A model generated the notes under the pieces. It saw only the letters and a program-made list of their open reading frames with translations. It ran no database searches and was not told the DNA's origin. DNA of 64,000 bases, taken from the NCBI RefSeq assembly GCF_964194025.1, contig NC_134482.1:43772001-43836000 (forward strand), given 5' to 3'. Shown one piece after another: positions 22,648 through 34,318 of this stretch. Source of the DNA: Convolutriloba macropyga. Its lineage: Eukaryota. How positions within the stretch are numbered: the first letter of the stretch is position 1; the number at the start of each line of letters is the position of its first letter. The position numbers and the translations under genes were made by a program.

Positions 22648-22832
22648 GGATCTTTTCCGTTTGTCCGTTTGTGCCCCCCCCCCCCCCAGTACGTTATGCG
22701 TCCCCCAGTTACAGAGCACGTGTCATTACATAGTAAATCAATATGTTAAAATATGGCACGTGCGTCTGGGGGGTGCAAATAATATGCGCCCACTAAGCTG
22801 GGGGGGGGGGGGGGCACAAACGGAAAAGATCC
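22648..22832. mobile_element. GGATC-family MITE with 8-bp TSD, just upstream of the CCCH coding exon
   Basis: TIRs GGATCTTTTCCGTTTGT / ACAAACGGAAAAGATCC; TSD TAAATTGC at 22640-22647 and 22833-22840. Confidence 0.9.
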
Positions 22833-23199
22833 TAAATTGCTTTTATTTAGGTTAACCATAGCAGTTAACCATACCATAAACAGGTTATCTGAAGCGAAAA
22901 TTATGTCATTCGCCAGCTTAATTAAAAAGGAACTGCTATGGACTCGGCGCTCAAGATTTGTTGTCGACTTCTAAATAACTGTAAACTTACGGTTGTATCT
23001 CGCAGGTACAATTGTAGTGAGTTCCACTTCAACTATGGTGAAAGAATGACTTAGAAGAGGATGAAACAGCGGCAATAATTCCTAAATAAATTAATAGGCT
23101 CGTACTCATGTTAAATCTGTGGCTGTTTGTGTTAGAGACTTTAACTCCATCACCCGTCTTATGCTCCGAATGACAAGTGCCTGAAAAATCTTGAGTAAT

Positions 23200-23262
23200 G
23201 ATGCGCTAGTATATCTCTCTGTACAGTTTCTGATGCGCTAGTATATCTCTCTGTACAGTTTC
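23200..23262. repeat. ~32-bp tandem duplication
   Basis: GATGCGCTAGTATATCTCTCTGTACAGTTTC present twice in tandem. Confidence 0.9.
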
Positions 23263-23408
23263 CAAGGTTTCGGTACCAACAGCTATCTTTTGCAATACTC
23301 CTTTCAATTGTGTTTGAAAAAACCTAAATTAAGAAATGCCCTTCCCCAACACTGGTTGAACATGTGTGGTGTTCCAAGCACTACGTCTTTTGAAAGCAAT
23401 TCGTATTT

Positions 23409-23546
23409 TATATGGTTCAGCTGGTCACATGTATGGTTCAGCTGGTCAAAGATAATTTTGTATTTTTTAGATGGTTCAGCTGGTCACATGTATGGTTCAG
23501 CTGGTCAAAGATAATTTTATATGGTTCAGCTGGTCAAAGATAATTT
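23409..23546. repeat. Short minisatellite, five copies of ATGGTTCAGCTGGTCA
   Basis: Directly visible; units alternate CATGT and AAGATAATTT spacers. Confidence 0.9.
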
Positions 23547-26500
23547 CCGACGAAGCTAAGCCCATAGCAACGAAGTCCAAACACTCAAACAAAAATTATG
23601 AGTTTATGCAGAATGAAATTTCGGCTCTACTAAAGAAAGCACTAGTCCTTTCCTCAACATCTCCACGGTAAGCTCAGGCGTTTGTTGTAAAAGGCCAAAA
23701 ACGACGCATTGTAATCGACTACTCTATGACAGTCCATTCATTTACCAGTCCTGATGCGTATTCGTTTCCGGATATGAAAGAACTGCTGAACAACGCAATA
23801 ACGAAATAAGAGCATGACAAGAACATTAGAAATCCACAAAATGGGAATAGGTGCAACAGCCCTAAAACTAATTGCCAATTATTTAGACAATAGAAAACAA
23901 TGCGTGAAAGTAAACAACTCAAGATCTGAATTCCGTGATGTCACTAGTGGGGTCCTACAAAGGTCCCTACTGGGTCCTCTACTCTTTTTTATCTACATAA
24001 ATGACCTCCCACTGTTGCAAGTGAACGTGTATGCTTCGGATATGCCGATGACTCCAAACTGATAAGCACATCTCATGAACTCCTAGAAAGTGACCTAATA
24101 AGTTTACACAACTTTTGTGTCGCAAACACAATGAATCTCCAAGATGACGAATGTAGTCTGATACACTTCAAAAAACAATCAGTGGTCAAAATGAACGAAG
24201 TCGCTGTCAAACCTGTTAAAGTTCAAAAAGAACTTGGTGTCCTAATCTCGAATGAACTCTCCTGGAAAGAAAACTGTAACCTGCGTTGAACTAAATATTT
24301 GAAATCATTGTGGTTCCTCAAGCGTAACATTTCCTTCAAGTCAACGACTAAAGCCAAAACAAACGCATACACAGGATACGTGGCACCCGTCAAATTGTAC
24401 GCATGTGAGGTCTGGTACCCCACCAATACAGACTTGTCAAACATCGAAAGAATACAGAAAAGTGCAACACAGTGGATTCTAAACAACACAATTCCCTATG
24501 AAGAAAGACTCAAGGAACTCAACTTATTGCCACTCTCAATGTACTTCGACTTCCACCGTCTACTACTGTTGTGCGCCACCACTGACCACAACTATGACAT
24601 AAAAACATCAGACTACATATCACGTAATACCAACAAACGAACTAGACAAGGCTCCAACTCCAGCTTCAACATTATTAAAACCAGACTCAAAAGGACCGAC
24701 GATAACTTCTGCACACGAAACGGAACACTGCACAACCTTCTGAGTAAACATATCGACTTAACAACAAAAGAAAACAGAAAAGCACGAATAACACAGCAAT
24801 TTTGGAACATCATCAAAAAGTTTAACGAAGCCAATCTATGTATCTGGAGGATACTCTGCCAATGCACGAACTGTAGCCAACATTCCAAACTTAATCAATA
24901 ATGACATAAAAGCGTGAAAACCCATGATATATCCCTAAAGACTTCGCTACTACTACTATTACTATTAGAGCGTTTATTCTATGTGCCGAAAAGAAGGAAT
25001 CACCTTGATACGGAAAAATGTCAATTTTGTCTGAAAAAAATTTCTATGCATGGCCACATCGTTTCAGCGGGTTTCGAGCGGCCGTACCCAGAAAGACTGA
25101 TAGCTCTGAAGGAGTATCCAGTTCCAGGCAATATGAAAGCATTGCGACGTTTAATTTGATTTTTTGCGTGTAATGCAAAATCTGTCCGGCAACAATCAAG
25201 CAGAATTCAGCCGCTCTTATAATATTAAAAGCAAGGAATTTTTCTGTTGAGCTCCACTGTTATTTGTCGTATCAGTCGCAGATCGCTGATGCTTGTTTAA
25301 CCTTGCCCCGCGCAGATGCTGGTCATTTGCTTCTGGAAACCGACGACTCTGGTTATGCCATTGGCTCATCACAATCCCAAAATAGTAGACAAATAGCGCG
25401 TTTTTTTGCGAACAATATCGCAGTGTGAGGGGTATCACTCTGCTGCGGAAAAGCAAAATTGAGCCAATTTAGAATCTTTGAGAAAACTTTCCATTTTTTT
25501 AAGGACTTTTTTAATTAATGTGAAGAATGATTAAAAGAGCATATCATTTGTATTTTCTGAGCAAAAATCAAAGTTAAAGAACGAAAAGCTCCTTCGCTGG
25601 TGATTCGAAGATGCTGAATATTGCTATAGTATTGAATACAGACGTTGAATAAAAATATAAGAGCTGACGCTCTCTCGAAGGTTGCTCACGTAAAACGGAG
25701 AACAAATCTTCATTATTTTCTCTGCAAGTTAATTATAACGTCCTGGAATGACTAAGTTTTGGCACTATATCCATTCTAAGAACGTGCCACACAATCTCGA
25801 GGACCTTAAGAAGCTACTGCTACATGCGACACCTGACGGAATTTAAATCCAATTTTGATCAGCCGAGCCGGTCTGGTCATGTTATTAAGATTTTAAAGCC
25901 GTTTGACAGGATATCCAATGATCTAATTGGTCCCAAGCTTCCGTCTTTTGGTCGATTTTCGTTTGCGTTCCCATGAAAGATATTACAGCAAAGACTATTT
26001 TTATGTGCCTCTCGCTTTTATTTGATATATTTGGCACGCCAGGGTTTATCCACTCGAACCGTGGAAGGCAACTAGATACGCAGGAAATCAATGTTTCCTG
26101 CTCAGAAAAACAAACTGTCAAATCAGTTACATCGCCGTATTACCCTCAAGGTAACGGGCAAAACGAACGTTACAATGGAGTTATCTGGAAGGATATTGGC
26201 TGCAATTTGAATTCCAGATCCAAGATATTTCAACAGAACCACTGGACGCTGCTCTCGGGGAGACACATTCTTCATTTAGAGGGTTACCTTGTAACAGCAC
26301 AAATGAAACCCCTAATTGGTGATTTCTGCAATTCCCGCGGAAAGACTATGGAATTTTTAATTTCCCAGACTGGCTGTTAAAGGCAACACAGCGTACCTGG
26401 GAAACAATATACAGGCAAACATGATCTTCCTGTGGAAGCTGTAAAAACATCAGACGGTTTTAACTAGAATGTTATCCAAGACCATTACCATAGTGGATGG

Positions 26501-26944
26501 GAAGGTACTGTCTCTGCTCGAGACTTAGATACGTCTTCAGAATGTTATTCAGACTCTTCACTGAATGAGCAGCATGCTGTTGTTTAGTACAAAACAAGGA
26601 GCACGTCAAACCCACAGAACAAAAACATTACAGCCCCGTTGTTGGAGAATGTCAATGTTTCTCCTGTCGAAGTGCCAGGAAAAAAACCTGAAAATGCCAC
26701 CGAAAAAGCTTACAATCCAATGGCACAACATGAAATTGAAAAAAGACAACCTGGAAGCCTGAGAAACAGACCAAAATATATAGATAATTACCTTTGGTTT
26801 TGAACTGCGCGGGGTGAATTTAATGATAATTGAGCACCCTATGTTTTGTCGTAATCATGTGTTCCATATAATGATTTTCATCTGTGTTTGTGAATCAGAT
26901 GTTGAATAAAAGCGTGCAATATGCGATGTTTCATCTCAGCAACA
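23545..26944 (+). mobile_element. Decayed Ty3/Gypsy LTR retrotransposon (RT N- and C-terminal parts, RNase H, integrase, PPT, short 3' LTR) interrupted by a LINE fragment
   Basis: KPIATKS...STSPR*AQAFVVKGQKRRIVIDYS...PDAYSFP (RT N-term); EKCQFC...HGHIVS...PERLIALKEYPVP; LETDDSGYAIG...ADALS (RNase H); FGTPGFIHSNRG...TSPYYPQGNGQNERYNG (integrase); purine-rich GCGGGGTGAA at ~26809-26818 followed by a putative LTR 26819-26944 containing AATAAA and ending AACA. Confidence 0.8.
23810..24967 (+). mobile_element. 5'-truncated CR1/L2-group LINE (RT C-terminal half) with (TAC/TAT)n tail
   Basis: NYLDNRKQCVKVN...VTSGVLQRSLLGPLLFFIYINDLP, FGYADD after a frameshift, NIERIQKSAT, C-terminal CIWRILCQCTNC; tail CTACTACTACTATTACTATTA at 24947-24967. 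Confidence 0.88.
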
Positions 26945-27019
26945 TCACAGCTCAAATTCACAAAATATTAATTGGATTTTAAACGAAGTGCGCAGTAATA
27001 CATCAAATGTTTTTTTATC

Positions 27020-28200
27020 TAGACTACTTTCATCGCCAAATGTACTTTTATTGACAAACGGACAACAAAGACCTGGAAACACTGACTTCGTGGTACAACG
27101 ATTTCAAAAAAACTTTTGATAAGTTTATGATAGTCAGCTACTACAAAAAACTGAGAACTTTGGAATAGGTGGAAATCTACTGGCTGAACGTGACTAAGGG
27201 GCTCCACAGGGTTCCACAATTGGACCGGTCCTCTTTATCATTTTCATAGACAACCTTCCAGAAAACTTTAAACAAGCTTTTACGGCTATGATGGATTTTT
27301 TAATGTCCTTGGAATAGATGCGATTTCAATGCATTGAGACATGGATCCACTCTGCTGATGGTGCAAAGGAAACCAAATGGAAATAAACTTATCAAAAAAC
27401 CAAAACCATTTACTCAAAGCTTGAAATCCCGACTCAGCGAAATGCGAAATTGAACATCGGAACGCATACCATTGAGGAACCCACAGCTAAAGGGCACTTG
27501 GGAATGGTGGTCCAAAGGTTGTCAACATGGACACAACAACCCAAACTGAGTGCACAGAAAGTATTCAGTGCTTTGATAAGCTCAAAAGGAACGTTGTCAA
27601 AAATGCATCCTTGAGTCTAAAATTAGACGCTTATTGCAGCTACATTGCGCCAATCGTTTCATGCAGCTCGCGTTATTTGAAGGCTAACAGGACAGAATTA
27701 AAGTATATTGAGAAAGTAAAGCGTAAAAAAAAACGAAGTTGATTCCCAAAAACTGCGAACTGTTGTACAAAGAGAGACAGAACAAACTGAATCTCCTCCC
27801 CCTGTCGATGTACCACGAGGTCCATGATACTCTGCTACTGTCAAAAAACAAGTGGAGTGCAACATATCAATTACAAGTGCATTTTCAAGCGATTCTAAGC
27901 AAATTGCAGAAACCAGAAAAAAAGAAAGAAAAATTTTTAACGATCCAGCCCTCAATTATGTCAAATAAAAGCCAAAAATCGGGTTCAGAATTCCTACCGT
28001 TCCGATTCGAATCTCAACAGCGGTAGAGGATGATTTATTGAGAAATTCGTGTACAATGCTCAAGCGACAAATGGCCAAAACTTATTGGAAATCCCTCGAA
28101 TATCGATTCTTTGACTATGATACCTGCTCGCTCATGGAGACGTGACTGCTTCTGCAAACACTGCAAGAACATATGCAAAATAAGTTTTCCACTAAATCGG
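27020..28200 (+). mobile_element. Highly decayed CR1/L2-group LINE RT fragment
   Basis: DFKKTFDK, GAPQGSTIGPVLFIIFIDNLP, KLNLLPLSMYHEVHD, C-terminal WRRDCFCKHC; same clade features as 23810-24967. Confidence 0.75.
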
Positions 28201-29451
28201 TGGCCCATTGTTAGCCCCTTAGTATAACAAAATTCTGCTTTTTTGCACAAAACTTTTACAAAAAAGTATGTTTAGTTTAACAAAAATTCCGAAGGTCTAA
28301 AGGACCCTGAAGTGTAACCTTGCAACACGAGCAGTTGTCGTTGATTCATACCAAAAATTCCCAAAGTAACGGCTGACGAGAATGAAAATTTTAAAATAAT
28401 AACAGACATCGCCTATCATTTTCGCAAACACTTTTGCACTTCCTAACACTTTTGCATTTTTTTATGTCTCAATTTTGAGTATTCTATTTTCGGAGAATGC
28501 AAGGCATGGGCCACAATGAAAGAAATAGTAACAACTAACTTCTAGCTTTGTTTTGAATTCTTAGCTAGAGCATGTCCTACTATTACACTCTAGGGGTGAT
28601 TGCACTTGTTGTCATTTTTGATTGACAGTAGACCCAGAAAAATGTTTTGTATTCAAATCAATTTCACAACTACAAAATCAAATACTTGCCTGCTAATACT
28701 GAAATAAACTTTTCTAGAATTTGAAATGGCCTGCAGAATATAAAGTTACGTGCAATGGATGCATTATCATCTTTTTTGATCAAACCAGCCAACAAGTTGC
28801 CACTAGAATATCAAACCATCAAGGGGAAGAATCTCCAGTAAAACAAAATCTCATTAAATATTGAGATACAGCGGATAGTTAATAATGAGAAATTCTGAAC
28901 GCATATAATAGTGTCGAGGAACTAATGACAACTGAAGCAATCCTATCAATAAACTACAACCCCAATTAAATTCCCGAGATTTAAAAAGGCGGCTGGAATT
29001 GATCTTCGAATGTAAACAAAATAATTGGAAAAATTTTTTAAAAAAATTTTTCAATCACAAAAACTCCAAGAGATTAAAAAATATAGAGGGCGAAAACTCA
29101 GATTAAAAAACAATATACACGGAAACTCAAGAATAAACATTGTAAATTGCTGAGTGTTTTAATTGTTAAATGTTGTAAATTTAATATAAAAAGGTAATAT
29201 TGTAAAACTGTTATTTATTTTGCAAACTCATTTGCTTAGAATTAGATAAACTAAAACAAAACGAGTGTAGTTATTTTTTCAACGGTTTATTTGGTTTTGC
29301 ATCAAGTCCAGCTCACGATTAATTCAATGTTCCGAAACAATTGTTTTCAAGTGAATTCATTTTTCTTTGAAGTTCTTTTTCTTGTTTTGAATACTGTTGG
29401 TTGCTTCCTAAATTTCACCTACTGATATAAAAAAGTGATTAATGTTTTTAA

Positions 29452-30070
29452 TATCAAGATGTTCGTTCACTAATGTTTAAAAAACTGATAAATAAAAAGA
29501 AATTTTGCCCACTTTCTTCCCTCGTTCCAAATTTGGCGATTTCACTATTGCGAACAGTAACATCAAAACTGCCGGGCTTGCGTAGTTCAACAGATGTGTG
29601 ATCGTCGCATTTTGATACCACCAACCTGGTGGCCAAAACGTTACATAGGTTATCGGATTTGTCTTTGAAATGTTCTGCGTACGGCGAGTTTTCGCAAATT
29701 TAAACTGAACTGCTTTTTCTGTAGGCTCTTTTCGGTAGAATTCGTCTGATTACAGAAAACGAGGCTCCTCATCTTGGGATCTGATTGCTCTCTATCTTTT
29801 GCTTCACGATTAACTTTGCACATAGTGTGTTCTACCTCTTCATCGCTGCTGTAGTTGTTCCAGTGCTCTTCAGGAAAGAGCTCATTGGGCGTTACTGTTT
29901 CTTCGTCTAAATAATATTAGAAAACATTGTCAAGCCCTAATTCAATGTTTTAAGGAGATGTACTGATAATGCGGAGTGGACTATATGCACGACAATCAAA
30001 GTGTTATTCGAACGGCGAGATCTGTGCTGTTTTGTGATGACAAATGCAGAGCCGGTATTATATTGTTTTA
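29452..30070 (-). repeat. ~630-bp unit containing a decayed Gypsy-like Pol C-terminal fragment, copy 1
   Basis: Aligns by eye over its whole length with 33352-33970; minus strand reads YYLDEETVTPNELFPEEHW...RKPGSFDVTVRNSEIAKFGTREE. Pol assignment is from resemblance only. Confidence 0.6.
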
Positions 30071-30139
30071 AGTGCTGTTTTTATGTTATTAGAATTAATA
30101 CCTTTATGAGCTACTTTTGTACCTTCAAGGCGTTTTTGT

Positions 30140-30800
30140 TTGTTTAAATTAGTCTACTAGGGCTATGGCTCTACGGTCAACGGTCATTAGCAGGCGCGAA
30201 AATTAAATCTTTTTAAATATTTTAATTCTATGTATCTGCATATTACCTATGAATAAACCTCTGATCAATGTGTCTTCCTAACTACCTAGGTCACAGTTCT
30301 CTGAGTTCCTTCAATTTTTCAAAGAATTTATCCTCTCATGGATTATTTTCTTGTGAGCATAGCATATCTATACAAAAAAAGGTTCCTAGGTCTAACATAA
30401 GCTCACTCCTTGAGACGCCAAAGACCGACTGTTCACAAAATGTCCAGAATTAGTTCCAGTTTACGGCTGCATTAATTTCTTAATCTTCTTCACCACCTAT
30501 GCTTAGATAGAAGACAGAAACAGTTTTGCAATTAGATGAATTTCAGGGTTTATCGTCACGTATAATCTCGATTTCCATTTCTCTTTGACAAAGATTCTCA
30601 TAATTCACTTTAAGTTGAGCATTCGTAGCTCTCGCGTTCCTCATGAACAGAGGCTCCTCTAAAAGTTAGATCATCTGTGTTGATAAGTTCGAGTGGCTAA
30701 GGGGCCTGTTCTGGTTGAGATCCAAGTACGGTGTCAAACGTGATGTTTTCTTTTGCTAGTAGGACCAACTTCAATTGTGTCTGCTACGTTTCCCTGTTGA
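30140..30800 (-). mobile_element. Decayed Ty3/Gypsy gag remnant
   Basis: Frameshifted translation RPRNLFLYRYAMLTRK...KLKEL...ENCDLGS*EDTLIRGLFIGNMQ resembles the Gypsy Gag capsid region. Confidence 0.5.
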
Positions 30801-33348
30801 ATGGAGGATGTCTGGATACTTGGAAAACAGGCATGTGAATGAACAAAAAATAATAGGCAACATTATGAAGCAGGTATGACTTCCATGGATTTAACATTCA
30901 ATTAAATTAAGTACATTGTATATAATTTTTATTGCACCAAGAATTATGATGAAGATATACGACAATGCTGTTGAGAAAAATTACAAGACGGAGTTTCGTT
31001 CGTTAAAATGAAGTCTGCAAATTACCTAACCTGCTCTTAATCTATTCTAGTGTCAACTGTTCTATATACGAGCACTAATGATGTTTACAATAACAGGACA
31101 TAATTTTTAAAAAATTACTTTCCGCGTTCTAAAGATGACAACTATGCAAAAAATGATTTTAGCATAGTTCCAGTTGAGACAGAGTTTATAAGGTACCCAA
31201 TATGGCATGAGGAAAATGACAATCAACATAGAACATCACTTTTTCGTTACATAACAGGTTATAACCAATAACAAGATTAAGTACTGGAAAAATAGCGGAA
31301 GATGATTAAATAATGGGTAAACAAATGAGTTTGACCGTTCAATGAAGTACATTGTGACATTTTTCAACAAAACCGTTACTCGAATGAGGTTGTTTGATAC
31401 ATAATGTTTGATACATACATGTTTGATCTCTTTGAATTACTTTATAATGAAGCAAGTATCTGATCGTAAAAACAACATTATGGAGGTGCACACAGATATA
31501 TGACTAAATTAAATCGTATTCATTCAAAAACAAATAGGATAACTTGGCAAAAAAGACAAAAACTAATTTTCCGCCGTGTGAGAGCATATCGAAATGTTTG
31601 AACCGAATTAGCACTTGGAAGTGACACCACAATGTATGACATAGGCTCAAAATTTTGATTACTCCCGTTTTAAGATCCAATCGTTTTGTCTTTGAGAGAT
31701 GATTGGGGGCAAACTCGCTTGTTTTTTGGAGTTATATGCCAGCTCATTAAAAAGATCATTACGCTCGATTATAGCATAGATCAGTTTATCATTATCAGTA
31801 CGATGGCTTATACACATGTTAACATGTTATTTGTAAAGAAAAGCTATCATTTTTTCAAACACAGAATAATGCAGGTTTTCTATCTAAATCAAACACTTTT
31901 TGAAATGTCTGATTTTGAGTTCATTTTGAGTTGGAGATTAAAAATTTTTCTCAGTTATGAAGTGAAGGAAAATAAAATTTTATTTCTGCCAACATATTCG
32001 AAACAGAATTTATAATTCACGGTCTGAGAGTCCCCAATAACAGTGTCCGAGACGTCATATTTTTTACAGATGGGTGTAATCAGAGCACATAATTGCTAAG
32101 CAGGAGAGACACAGTTTTTCAAACATTGAAATCTGACAATCATCAAATAGGGGATAAAAATTTGCTCACCATTAATTTTTGTCAAAGCAAAAATTTTTAC
32201 AAGAACAACTGGGATTGTTGGAATTTTTTTTCACTAATTCAAAATAATGTACGCTATTTCAAAATAAACAAAAAAATAATGTTCGCGCTATTTTTGTGCC
32301 TGCTAAACCCCCTATCTTAAAATTAACATCACAACAGTTTCTAGTATCAAAAAGTGAGATAAAACGTTTGAAGAAAAATTTCTGTTCTTCTATAATTAGA
32401 ATCGACAGTTTCGTTTTTCCTTTACTATATCTCGACCAATTTTGTTACCAAATTTAGAAAACAATTGTCATCAGATCCTTGAAAATCAAGAAACAAATTT
32501 CCGAATCACTTGTGATACTTTTTTATACAGAATAAAAGGTTTTTATTCAAAAAAGTCTGAGAAGGAGCTTTTCCACTGCACTAGATAGGAAACAAACAAA
32601 TATGAAATGTATCATTTGCACTTAAACATTCAATCATTTTAAACTATGGGCCACCTGGATCCAAATTGTAGAATAAGTTTTTTTCATATTTCCTGTGAAT
32701 AATTCCTATCAATATTGGTCTATAAATGAACCGAGAAAAAACTCTGATTTGATTTGGCATATAGGGGTCTTCAAGTGGGGTCTACGTTGGGGATGTTATG
32801 TTTTACTCATAAGCAATTTAGATATGCAGCTACCTGAAAAAATGCTTCGAAACTCAACCCACAGTAGGTTGTGTTATGATTGGTCAAACACTTTTAGACT
32901 CTTACTTTCGTTAAAGGCGAATTTGAGGGGCATACAACGCATTACGCCACAACCTTTCTATTTTGGTTTTGTTTTATTTCTGAAGCTCAGGCAAAAAATT
33001 ATTTCATTTTATTGTTTTTTGTGACACAATTTTTCGACATAGCCGCACAATCAGTTTTGGCGATTACATTGATAACAGATTTCAATTGCATACACTATTG
33101 CGATATGTTTAATCAACGAATGATGAACACTTCGCAAAATTAGTTTAGATCTTTCAGAAAATTTACCGAAAAACTGCATTGTATTTCAAGCCGCATGGAC
33201 TTGAAACTGATAGTTATAGTATTAAAAAGTGAAAACCATATTAGCTGATGTAAATCATTAGGGGAATATTTTTTCTCAACTGTTTTTTGCAAACTGAAGA
33301 CAGCAATCAAAACTGAATTCTTTTTCAAAATAAAGATAACTAATCATG

Positions 33349-34030
33349 GACTATATCAAGATGTTTGTTCACTAATGTTTAAAAAACTGATAAAAAAAGA
33401 AAAATTTGCCCACTTTCTTCCCTCGTTCCAATTTTGGCGATATCACTATTGTGATCAGTAACATCAAAATTGCCGGGCTCGCGTAGTGCAACAGATGTGT
33501 GATCGTCGCGTTTTAATACCACCAACCTATGAGCCAAAACGTTACATAGGCCATCGGATTTGTCTTAGACATGTTCTGCGTATGGCGTTTTTTCGAAAAT
33601 TTAAACTGAACTGCCTTTTTGGTAGGCCCTTTTCGCTCGAATTCGTCTGATTGCAGAAAACGAGGCTCATCACCTTTGGAGCTGATTGCTCTCTATCATT
33701 CGCGTCACGATTAAATTTGCACATAGTGCGTTCTACCTCTTCATCGCTGCGGTAGTTGTTCCAGTGGTCTTCAGGTAAGAGCTCATTGGGCGTTACTGTT
33801 TTTTCGTCTATTTAGCATTACGAAACATTGTCAAGCCCTATGTCAGTATTTTAAGGAGATGTACTGCTATTGCGGAGCGGACTATGTGCATGACAATCAA
33901 AGTGTTATTCGAACGGCGAGATCTTTGCTGTTTTTTGTTGACAAATGCGGAGCTGTTTTTTATATTGCTTTAATTGTATATTGACTATATCAAGATGTTT
34001 TTTCACCAATGCTTGAGAAACTGATACATC
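33349..34030 (-). repeat. ~630-bp unit, copy 2, followed by a partial restart of the unit
   Basis: Homologous to 29452-30070; GACTATATCAAGATGTTT occurs at 33349 and again at 33983 (period ~634). Confidence 0.75.
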
Positions 34031-34149
34031 GAAAGAAAACTAATGTCTTTCTTCAGCGGGAAACAAAACAAAATTACAAAGAAACGATGACTGATTTTGT
34101 TTTGGTATTCTAAAGAGCAAAATTGGTTTTACAATCTTTTCTTAAATAT

Positions 34150-34318
34150 TGGAAGACGGCACATAATCAATAAATTGATATATATTATGATTGTTTTCGC
34201 AGTTGGAGCTGGACTTGCTTAAATTGGTTTATATGGAAGACGGCACATAATCAATAAATTGATATGTGTTATGATTGTTTTCGCAGTTGGAGCTGGACTT
34301 GCTTAAATTGGTTTATAT
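34150..34318. repeat. ~84-bp tandem duplication
   Basis: TGGAAGACGGCACATAATCAATAAATTGATAT...GGACTTGCTTAAATTGGTTT present twice in tandem. Confidence 0.9.

Noticed and set aside
23409-23546. Repeat-spacer-like pattern suggesting CRISPR
   Set aside because: Spacers are short and themselves repeated, the context is eukaryotic and there are no cas genes; it is a minisatellite.
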